This document shows, one piece after another, positions 11,058 to 22,400 of a DNA stretch of 64,000 nt. The notes beneath the pieces are model-generated. The model had not been told where the DNA came from, searched no databases, and was given only the letters and a program-made list of their open reading frames with translations. Where the stretch lies: assembly GCA_043228905.1 (NCBI GenBank), contig JBHGNT010000018.1, positions 5,952,001 through 6,016,000 on the forward strand. Direction: 5' to 3'. Every line of letters begins with the position of its first letter. The first letter of the stretch is position 1. A program made the translations under genes and the position numbers. The stretch is from Azolla caroliniana (Eukaryota > Plantae > Polypodiophyta).

Positions 11058-14000
11058 TGTTGAGAATCAAGCTCAACTTGGTCTAGTGTGTGAACTCACC
11101 TTGAGAGTGAATAGACACTCCAACGGTCAAGAGTCACCAATATGTCACCACTTTGTATTCTAGCATTTAGTATGAGTCATATAATCATATTCTATGACAC
11201 AACTTATGAGCTTTCACATTCCCCATGCTCCATGAGTCTTGTAGTTAATGAAGAGAGAGGGTGACTATATAAAGCACCCTCCTCCCACCTTGTATAATGT
11301 TGAGTCTTTCTCCTTTGTGAATATACTTTACCTTGCGTATTCTCTATGTCTTACTCCTTGTCTCTCTCTTTCACTCTCTCTCTCTCATACACACACACAC
11401 AGTTCATATCTATTCCGTTGCACAAAATCCATCTCGTGATTCTTTACATGGTATCAGAGCGACTTGGTAGCTTGATCTAGCCCATCCTCGTGCGTTATGT
11501 CCTACGCTGACGACCAAGAACCGGAGCATCGCTATCGTAGCTTAGCTTCGCTACATAGCTTGCATTTGAAGAGAGAAGAAGAAGAAGAAGAAGAAGAATC
11601 AACATAATGAATACTCAAATGGGGAGCGCTCTCCCTACCGAGAAGTTGGATCGAAACAACTTCGCATCTTGGGAGTACAAGATGCACCAATACCTTGTCA
11701 GACAAGGCTATTGGAGTTACATCAAAGGAGAGCACGAAGACCAACCCGTCGAAACGGCTCCCGAATACGCAACATGGGAGCAAGCCGCAAGCCGCGTGAT
11801 GTATTGCTTGGCGACATGTGTTCACGATCACATGCTCGACTACATTCGCGAAGCCAAGACGCCGAAGGAGGCATGGGAAAATCTACGAAAGATTTTCGTG
11901 GCAAACACAACCGCAAGAAGGCTTCAACTCCGCCAAGAGTTGAACAACATTCAACAAAGGGGCATGTCCATCACGACATACACCTTGAAGATCAAGGAGC
12001 TTTGCAACTCGCTCGGCTCGATAAGCGTAAATATCGATGATGATGAGATGGTGCAAATATGCCTCAGCGGCCTCACACCACAGTTCGGCGCGATGCGAAC
12101 CGCCGTTCTAGCAAGGGAGAAATCTCCCTCCTTCTTCGAGCTCCAAATAATGTTATTGGTCAAAGAAAACCACGTGCGTACAAGGAGCAATGAGTCGGAA
12201 GGCCACATGCTCTACACGCACTCGAACGGAGGAAGAGGACACGAACAAGCAAGAGGCTGATTCGGCCAAGGACAAGGTGGAGAAGGTCCGACCTACGACA
12301 ACAACTCCCAATTTCGGCTGCAAAACGGAAGCCAACGAGGAACCTTCGCAAGAAGGGGGAGCTTCCACTCCGGCCCGAGACGTCAAAACGCAAACGAATG
12401 CGGATATTGCGGAAAGCTCGGCCACCACGAAGAAGAGTGCCGAAAGAAGATGTGTGAATCGGCCTCCACAAGCCGACAACTCACGAATTACGCGCACAAT
12501 TCCGACTACGAAGAGTATAACAGAATGTACGGGCACAACTCCGACTACGAAGATCATGGCGGAATGTATGCACACAACTCCGACCGTGGCGGAATGTTCA
12601 TGATGAAACATAGAGCAAACTCTATGTCGGCCTCTACCTCAACTAGTGCCCTCAATCCGGAGGATGTATGGTTTGTTGACTCCGGAGCCTCAAACCATAT
12701 GACATCTCATAGAGAATGCTTTCTCGAACTTCGAGAGCCGAAGCGACCCGGTTATGTCGAAACTAGAGATGACACTACGCACCCGATTCGGCACATCGGC
12801 AATGTTCCGTTCGGCGAAAGAGGTAAGCAAACATACATTAAAAATGTCTTGCATGTTCCCACCATCACAAAGAATTTGGTCTCAGTCGGCCAAATGGTTG
12901 AGCAAGGGATGCAAGTATGATTCGACCAAGAAGGGTGCTTCATCGAAAAAGAGGGTCGAATCATCGTGCACGGAAGAAGAGAGGGTCGGATGTTCATTCT
13001 CGATTCACACGAGATGAAATCCGCCATGTTCGCAAAAAGCACGAAAGCCGATTCCGACATAGAGCTATGGCACAAGCGAATCGGCCACATCAATCTCAAC
13101 AAACTCAAAGCAATGAAATCGAAAGGAGTCGTCATCGGACTCCCGACATTCAAAGAGAAGGAGATTGAAGGTGTATGCGAAGCGTGACAATTCGGCAAGC
13201 AACACCGACACCCATTCCCGAAAGAGCGAAACGTCAGCAAAGGTCTACTCGACGTAGTCCATTCCAACATATGGGGACCGGCACAGACGACTACATTCGG
13301 CGGATGCGAATATTACATGCTCTTCATCGACGACTTCTCCAGGCACACGTGGCTCTATCCGATGCGGCAAAATTTGGAAGTGTTCAGACACTTCCAAAAG
13401 TTTAAAAATGAAGTCGAAAAAGCCATTGGTCGTCATGTACGATGGCTTTGATCGGATGGCGGCAAGGAGTACTTCTCGGACGATTTCATGGTGTATCTCC
13501 AAAAGGAAGGAATTTGGCGAGAATTCACTTGCCGACACACTCCACAACAAAACGGAGTAGTTGAGCGCAAAAATCGGCACATCCTTGAAGTAGCGTGGGC
13601 CATGATGAACGAGAAGCATATGCCCAAGTCATATTGGGCTGAAGCTGCAAATACGGCCGTCTACCTAATGAACCGGTGCGCAACGTCTGAAGTGCACGAG
13701 GTCACTCCGCACGAAAAATACTTCGGAAAGAAGCCAGAGTTATTGTACACCCGGATATTCGGCGCGATAGCATACGTGCACATACCCGACGAAAAGCGGC
13801 AAAAGCTAGATCCAAAGTCGGAGAAATGTATCCTCATAGGATACTCACTCGAACAAAAGGGGTACAAATGCTACAACCCATCTACCCGAAAAGTTCGAGT
13901 AAGTCGAGACGTCGTGTTCGACGAATCCGCATCCTGGTACGCACCAGAGAAGATTCCGACTTCAACCCCGATCGACACGGAACCGGCTGAACAAGAGCAA

Positions 14001-16550
14001 GAAGGTGGTGATCGCCTCGAAGACATGTTCGAAGATAGCCCGATTACCACAAGGCTAAGTGGGCCACAAGAACCCCATAGCGATCAATGCACATCACGGC
14101 CTAGCCCGAAGATGGACAAAGGCAAGGTGAAAATGGCGGAATATGAAGACGATGAGTCGACTCACTCACTTGACAATGAGTTTGACGGTTTCGATGTACC
14201 ACTCGAAGCTAAGAAAGCCCCCATCTTTGCAAATGAAAAGCTATGTCGCTCCACCTGTGAAAAGAATTCGGTCAGCCGATTCGGCTACAACGACTACATG
14301 GCATATCACTATGCCTTTATGATGAAGGTGGCGACAGTACGCGAGCCGGAAACATTTTCCGACACAGCCAAGGATCCGCGATGGATCGAAGCCATGAATG
14401 AGGAGATGTAGGCACTACGCAAGAACGAGATGTGGGATCTCGTTCCCACCTCACCACACAAAAAGGCGATCGGATGCAGATAGATTTACAAAGTGAAGTA
14501 CAACGCTGACGGTTCCGTCAACCTCTACAAAGCGCAACTCGTAGTGAAAGGCTATGCACAAACGCACGGAGTTGACTACGAAGAGACCTTTTGCCCCGGT
14601 GGCAAAGATGACGACGGTATGAACCGTAATTGCGCTTGCCGCAACGAAAGGGTGGCACCTCCATCAAATGGACGTCAAGAATGCCTTTCTACAAGGCGAA
14701 TTAGAAGAGGAGGTGTACATGATACAACCACCCGGCTTCAACTTGAGCACCCATCTGAAAGTTGTATGCCGACTTAAGAAGCCACTCTACGGCCTCAAGC
14801 AAGCACCGCGTGCTTGGCATTCGAAGATAACACAATATCTTCATCAAATCGGCTTCCGTATGTCAAAATCAGACAACTCCCTCTACATACGAAGCGATTC
14901 CGCAAGTCCAATCGTCATCATCTTATATGTGGATGACCTAGTCATTGGAGGTGAGCATCTCGTTGAAATCAATAAGATCAAATCTCTCCTTTCCGACAAG
15001 TTTGAGATGACGGACATGAAGGAGCTCCACTACTTCCTCGCCATCGAGGTAATTCGGACTCCGGCCAGAATCATGATCTCTCAACGGCACTACATCCTCA
15101 ACTTGTTATACAAGTTCGGTATGGCTGAGTGCAAATCCACGGCAACCCCGCTCGATCGCAATCTCAAACTAGATGCGAACTCCAGCACCAAAGCGTGTGA
15201 GCCGACTCAGTATCGGTAACTCATCGGGAGTCTCATCTACCTCACGATCACTCGACCCGTTCTCAGTTATCCGGTCGGTCTCCTTAGTCAATTCATGCAA
15301 ACACCGCGTGATACTCACTTGGATTGCGCTAAGCGAGTTCTACGATACGTGAGCGGCACAATGGATTGCGGCATCCTCTACAAGACCGTGATGCCAATAC
15401 GACTCGAGGGGTACACAGACGCCGATTGGGGCGGCTACAAAGCCGATAGAAGATCAACCTACGGGAAAAAAAAATTCCCTCGATAGCGGAGCAATATCCT
15501 GGGGCAGCAAAAAGCAACCAACCGTCGCTCTTTCGAGCACAGAGGCAGAATACAAGGCATGGTTGTGGCCGCATGTGAAGCCGTATGGCTCAAAAGGATA
15601 CTGAAGGATCTGGGTGTGCCCATCAAGGATCCAACTTCCCTTTACTGCGTCAACATGAGCAGTATCTATCTGGCTCGGAACCCGGTGTTCCACATGCGGA
15701 CAAAGCACAACAAAGTGCACTATCACTTCATCCGAGAGCGCATTCAAGCTGGCGATGTCGACCTACAACACATTAGCACAAATCTTCAAACGACCGACAT
15801 CTTCACTAAAGCCTTAGGAGCCGACAAGCTATGGCAATTCATGACCGATCTCAGATTGACAATCCCTGACCTGCCAAGCTTGAGGGGGAGTACTAAAGAC
15901 ACTGCGCAATAACGTGTGGATTCCGCAAACGCGCAACGAAGCTGCGAAGAGCCGATCTGCCGCGAAGAAAGAGGCAAGCCGAAGCACAGACTTCGCAACT
16001 ACGCACAACGCAAGCTGGAGCACGTATTCCGCTACTCCACATAAATGCGAGTCGATGGGTATTTCGGAACGCGAGTCGAAGCGTATTTCGGAACGAGAGT
16101 CGAAGCGGATTTCGAATACCGTCTGAAACCGACCCGACTTGAGCTTGAGGGGGCGTGTTGAGAATCAAGCTCAACTTGGTCTAGTGTGTGAACTCACCTT
16201 GAGAGTGAATAGACACCCCAACGGTCAAGAGTCACCATTATGTCACCACTTTGTATTCTAGCATTTAGTATGAGTCATAGAATCATATTCTATGACACAT
16301 AACTTATGAGCTTTCACATTCCCCATGCTCCATGAGTCTTGTAGTTAATGAAGAGAGAGGGTGACTATATAAAGCACCCTCCTCCCACCTTGTATAATGT
16401 TGAGTCTTTCTCCTTTGTGAATATACTTTACCTTGCGTATTCTCTGTGTCTTACTCATTGTGTCTCTCACTCACTCTCTCTCTCTCTCATACACACACAC
16501 ACAGTTCATATCTATTCTGCTGCACAGAATCCATCTCGTGATTCTTTATA
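11058..16550 (+). mobile_element. Full-length but decayed Ty1/copia LTR retrotransposon (copia A)
   Basis: LTRs 11058-11448 and 16156-16550 (about a dozen differences by eye); TSD GTTGC; PBS TGGTATCAGAGC (tRNA-Met) at 11449; PPT before 16156; gag-PR (WFVDSGAS)-IN-RT (YVDDL)-RNase H interrupted by stops and frameshifts. Confidence 0.97.
11607..15912 (+). pseudogene. Disrupted gag-pol of copia A
   Basis: ORF pieces 11607-12260, 12450-12920, 12966-13187, 13488-14411, 14668-15219, 15295-15486 and 15559-15912 follow copia domain order. Confidence 0.9.
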
Positions 16551-16849
16551 GTTGCACATTGTGAAAAGTGACAAACATGAAGAGAAACCTCTTCATGAAA
16601 GGACATGTTTCTAGTTAGTATAAATATGGCTCAGCTCCAAGCCTTGTATAACACTCATCACAAGTGTTACAATCATTATTCAACATAATGCAATTCTATA
16701 ATTCTTTGTATGCGCTCATCTCTATTCTTCTATAATTATCGTTTAGTATCATATAGATTCTAGAAATCACGAAGATTGCATACCAATTCCTTGGCTCTCT
16801 TGATGCAAACAATGAGACCAAGTGACAAAATCTCCCTCTAACACACTAA

Positions 16850-17430
16850 GAAAAGAAAAGATATTCAATGGTCAACCCAACATCAAGCGTTAGATCAATG
16901 GGACAATTTTGTGGTTGATGCTCTGGAAATGTATTAGCTTTTACCTTATCAAAAACATCAACATAATCTTGGTACTTCTCCAGAAACTGAATTTATGATT
17001 TCCCTCAGAGATATCAGAAGGCTTCATTAATAGTGCAAAGAAAAACATCTTTCCTTTTGTCCTATCTGACGTAATTGGCGTAGTAAAATAGTTAAAATCC
17101 TATGAGTAAATGCTTGAGGTTTCATATTATCTTGTTGGAAATACTTGATTTCTCTCTTTCTCCAGCCGATTTACCCCAAGACAATTGGATATTTACGATT
17201 GCTAATTATATTAAAAGATATTACACATGCCAATTTATCTAGTATAGCACATACTAGCTTAGACTCTTCTACGATATTGCAAAATCTGTAACATCTGTCC
17301 ATGAAGCAAGTATTAGCCCCAATATCTAGGAGTGTAACTTCAACTGAATGATTACTTGTAGTAATAACTTCAACTTGAGTTGAGAACACCTTGCGTAGAA
17401 GAAATGGAACCACTGATGGAATCCACATGA
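16850..17430 (-). mobile_element. Old gypsy protease-region remnant
   Basis: Minus-strand LLDIGANTCFMD ... KYPIVLG resembles the protease region at ~26050-26300. Confidence 0.6.
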
Positions 17431-17539
17431 CTATCCAAGCAAATGGCTCCTATTTTTCTTAGAAGAAATGGAACCACTAATGGGATGCATAGATCCAGGA
17501 CTATCCAACCAAACGGCTCCTATTTTGGCTGGACTTAAT

Positions 17540-17808
17540 TGTTTAACTCATCATCTAGTTGACTTAGAACCTCAAATTCATTTGATAAACTTGGACCACT
17601 AAGATTTTTAGATACTCCCAATGAAATAGATGCAAGTTTATCATTGGTAAAAACCTATAACATTCCAAAAAACCCTAGAATGCTCAATGAGCCACTATAT
17701 AATGAAGCCACTCACTCTTGTCGAACCATTTCAGTTCAACACCAGTCTCGAGTCCTCCAAGTAAGATCTCTCTTGTATCTCTTTATCTTAATACGTATTT
17801 CCTTTCAG

Positions 17809-17810
<2 letters not shown>
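17540..17810 (+). mobile_element. Degenerate LTR remnant of the TTCAAC (self-priming) type
   Basis: TG start; TATATAAT at 17696; TTCAACACCAGTC at 17735, identical to the motif in the LTR at 42358; 3' end lost in a CT tract. Confidence 0.5.
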
Positions 17811-17848
<38 letters not shown>

Positions 17849-17906
17849 CCTTGGAGGTAAAGGTTTATATTGTTGATTTGTAGACTTTAAGAAAACTTTT
17901 GATATG

Positions 17907-19470
17907 TGTTGAGCAAACAAGCTCAACATGATCTGGATCGGCTGAATAAGCCAAGAGCCGGATCAGTGTCTGGATCAGAGTGTAACCGGTAGGCCATTAG
18001 AGGCCTACGGTCCTATCCTAGTAGCTAGGCATAGTTTTAGGAGTTAGTGTTAGAGCTTAGTATGAGCATTTAAGTACTTGTCAATACTTCTGTCAGTCCT
18101 TTATGGACTTGTATAAAAGGTGCTCTAAAGCACATATGTATGTACAGAGTTTATAGAGTATTTTGAAATAGCCTTTTCATTGTTTTTCTCTCCCTCTGTC
18201 TTTCCCGCGTACTCTCTATGTGTGATTTAAGCTTTCCATTAAACCTTTGTTCTATTCCTATTGCTATCTGGCAGAACCAGTTGTGCCTACAAGCTTCCGC
18301 ACACTATTCTTTTCATGGTATCAGAGCGCGAGGGTTGAGAATCCTTTGCGGCCGACAAGAGTTGTAACACAGAAAAACCCTAATACCCGGTAAGAACAAA
18401 TAGAAGAGGAAATGGATAGAAACATGGCAAGCTCGCTTCCGACGGAGAAGCTCGACAGAAGAAACTATGCATATTAGTCGTACAAGATGCACCAATACTT
18501 GTTGGGGTACGATTACTGGAGTTATGTCAAAGGAACGAACGAAGTAGCGCCAGATTCGCCACACGAGGATTTCCTAGCTTGGGAACAAGGAGCAAGCAAA
18601 GTGTTGTACTGCCTCGCGTCCCATGTGCACGACCAGATGCTAGGCTACATCATAGACACAAAAACGTCAAGGGAAGCCTGGGAAAATCTCACAAAGATTT
18701 TCGCCACAAGTACCACGACACAGAAGTTGCAGCTCCGGCAAGTGCTCAACAATGTCTGGCAAAGGGACATGTCGGTCATTGACTACACCATGAAGATAAA
18801 GGAGATATGCGATACACTAGGATCCATCAACATGACGGTGGACGAAGACGAGATGGTGCAGATCTGCCTTGGTGGTCTAGCGCAGAGGTACATGCCAATC
18901 TGAATGACGATATGCACCTAGGAGAAGCCAACATCCTTCTTCGACTTGCAATCGATGCTGATGGTCGAAGAAAACCATGCGCGTTGGTCGAGGACCACTC
19001 AATTAGGCAATCAAATGTTATACAAAGAGGTGGATTGGCTCCACGTGCATGGAGGACGAGGTGGATCGGCATGCAACGGAGGCGGCCGACAAGAGTAGGA
19101 AAGAAGACACAGAGGTGGTGCCGACAATCGTCCCGAACCCTCCACAAGCAAGGGGAGTCAAGGTTGCACCGGAAACCAGCAAGTAACGACCGACACGAAA
19201 TGTTGGTACTGTGGCAAGAAAGGCCACCGGGAGAGTGAGTGTTGGAAGAAGCGTGTTGTTTCAGAAAAATACAGATCCAATAAAGCCGAACATGGAAATC
19301 GACAACGGTTGCACTATGCCGAAGGATCGGAATGATCCGGAATTGGAAAGGGCTAGCCTTTGTGGTGAAGCACAAGGCAAACTTGATGAAGAAGACCACC
19401 TCACAATCGGATGGTATGTTGACGGAGCATCAAATCATATGACGAGCCATGAAGAATAATTCTCATACTT
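17907..19470 (+). mobile_element. Truncated Ty1/copia (copia B1): 5' LTR, gag and start of protease
   Basis: LTR 17907-18315 (TGTTGAG...CA), PBS TGGTATCAGAGC at 18316, decayed gag with CWYCGKKGH knuckle, WYVD-GASNHMT; breaks at a GA tract. Confidence 0.92.
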
Positions 19471-19489
19471 AGAGAGAGAGAGAGAGAGT

Positions 19490-22400
19490 TGTGAATGATG
19501 CTAACAAGTGGTATATTATATGAAGAGAAGATACAATAGTAGCTAGGAGGCTTAAGACTGACGTTGAACCACATTGGTTCTGAATAATGCCATGTGCCTT
19601 TATTTATAGTACTCTCAGGAGTACTCCTGAAGTTTCTAGAATGTTCTGGAGTAATCTGGAATATGCATGAAGTTCCTATTGTGAAATCATAAATGAAAAT
19701 AATATTTTTCATATTACAATGTATGGTTTAATGGTAAGGGTTTAACCCATGTAACATAAGGTCATGGGTTTGAATCCCATTGGAGCCATATCAGAACACT
19801 ATCCCCCCTTTTAAACGATGAGTGTTACGAGTCTTCTTTGATTGAGTACTTGGTTTGTCCGGATATTGATGATGGAAGTCTTCAAGAAGAGCTTGCGCAT
19901 TCACCAAATTCGTCATTGGTTCCCATGTACACTCGCTTGGACTATATCCTAGCCAATCAACCAAATAATAGAGCTTGTTGCAAACAATCTTGGAGTCGAG
20001 GATGGCAACAACCTCGTACTCAGGTTCATCTTCAAGTTTGATCGGGGGTGGAAGTGGTGTAATACGATCTAGGATAGTGTTGTCCTGATAGGGTTCTAGG
20101 AAAGAAAGAAAGAAAGAAAGATATATTAACGTCTTCTAAGGCCAAAATTGGCCCATGAGACAAATGGTTTACAACAAAAAATGGGATATTTACCCATTCA
20201 TCGAAAGTCAAAAATAAAAATAAAAATAGAGTTTTAAGCTAAATAGTTCTAGTAAAATAAAATAACAAACATGTTCTGCAATGAAAATGATGTTATACTA
20301 GGCCTAATTTCATTTCCATCCAAGTCTTTTGAAGAGAAGCAGGAAGTCAAAGGGTTTCGATGTGGATGTGGCACGTGGCCCCAATGTAAAAGGTACCCCC
20401 AACCATAGCTTCTAGTCGACGTAGCTCACGTTCCCTTATCTTCTTAATCTTTTCTACTCCGTGTCAACTTGTTTTGAAGCCCAACATCTGAGGGCATTTG
20501 GTTGTTCTTTGCGTTTCGGCTTCCATAAGTGTATCCACATTCATCGTCTCCCCTTGTTCCCGAAACATTACACTAGTTACAAGTTGATGAATAGTAAAAG
20601 GGTTATGGTTAACACTTTGTAATTTATTCTCCCTATGTTGTTTTAGCTCTAAGATATACCTACCTAGTCTCTTTACATCCGGGGTATCTAATAGTTTGGA
20701 AAGGGTGGGAGAGGGTCCTAATATGTCTTGGTATTCCACTCTTATCTCGGCATAAGTTGGGCACTTGCATGTGAAGTGATAGTCATCCTCTATCTCTGTG
20801 TGGCACAACCTACATAGCCTTTCCTCCCTAGGGGCTCTATTAGCCCGACCATTCTCAATCTCAAGTTGGTGAGATGATATCCTAAGTTGTCCAATGGCAA
20901 CCCGTAGTGCATTTGATAAGAATGTATCTAGATATCTTGGTCATGTAATAAAACCTAACTGAGAGAAGTGCAAGAAGTGTTCCTTATAGTACAACATTTT
21001 CGATGGGAGTGGCTCTCGTGGGGTGATCCATTTATATCAAGTGTAAATTTGCCATATTTCTTGGCGTATCACTTTATTATGATCTTCATGAGATATTAGA
21101 GTTTGGTCAGTCCCATGGTTGTACTTAAGGGGGGGTAGGTTATTAATGTTTATGTCGTTTGCATGTAACCAACTCACCACAGTGCTATACCAAGAGCTAG
21201 TGTCTCCAGACGCATTTAGGGATCGAGATGCCTCAAAGGCTTGATGAGATATCCTATCTTGTGGTTGGCTATGTATCTGATGAATAAAAACTACCACTTG
21301 AAACAATGCTTCTACTAACATCGGGGGCAAACTAAACTCTGCTCCAATAATGTCATGTAGTATTGTCGATTTGCTTCGGAGTTGACGTGATAACATCATC
21401 ACCAAAGGTCTCTCTAATTGCATCCACATGAAAGATGGTAGACCTGGAGCCCATACTACTGATGCATACATGAGGGAAGGGGTCACTAATGAGTCGAAGA
21501 GCCATCCCTTAGTCCGTGGCTCTTGAAAGTATGTCTGGTGGCATTGTCTCTCTAAGAGTGAGAGCGATGCATACCCTCTCGTTAGCCTATCTTTGGTTGC
21601 CTGGGTCATCAAGAATTTACCTAAGCGAGCACTAAAAGTGACTCCCAAGTATACATATGATCCAACTACCTCAACTAGTTTATGAGAGAGGATTAGGTGA
21701 CATTTACTCCTAACTCGGGATGATGTATGAAAGATAAGGACTTTAGTTTTTGCTAGATTCACTACCAGTCCTCATTGTGTACAAAAGTCATCTAGGGCAT
21801 TAAGATGCTTTTGTAGGTCGTGTTGTGACTCCGAGAGCAAGACAATGTCGTCTACGTAGAGTAAGAGACTAACTTTCGTATCCCCAATAGCTACTCCCTT
21901 GCCTCCCTTACGAGCAATAAAATCAATTATCTCATCAATGTAGATCCCAAAAAGAGTCGGTGATAGGGGGCAACCTTGTTTTACACCAATGGTGCTAGTG
22001 AAACAATTGGATAGGCCACCTGGGCATCTTATGCACCCAGAGACTTGCTCATATAGGGCATAAATGGCCCAGATCATGTCATTTGGTATCTCCAAGATCT
22101 TAAGTCTATCAAACAACTTCTCCCTAGGAACTGTGTCAAAGGCTTTGTGGAAGTCCACAAAGCAACAATATAGTTTCTTCTTACAAGCCTTCGTCTGGTC
22201 AATTAAGCACCTAAGTGTGAAGATATGGTCAATAGTGGAGAAGGCTCGTCTAAAGCCGGCCTACTCAAGTGCTCGAAGACTTAATGTTTCCATATAATCG
22301 TTGAGCTCCACTTCCATTACCGCACCATATAGTTTAGCGAGCGTATGGCCTATCATAATGGTCCTATATGTATTTGGGTCCATTGGTTCCCCTCCTTTCT

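Noticed and set aside
10989-16752. Older LTR interrupted by copia A
   Set aside because: It has a TG start and a TATA-like motif, but no convincing CA end, TSD or partner LTR.
19717-19788. Functional tRNA gene
   Set aside because: The T-arm and boxes are present, but the acceptor and anticodon stems do not pair and the sequence lies inside an LTR; reported as a tRNA-like module instead.
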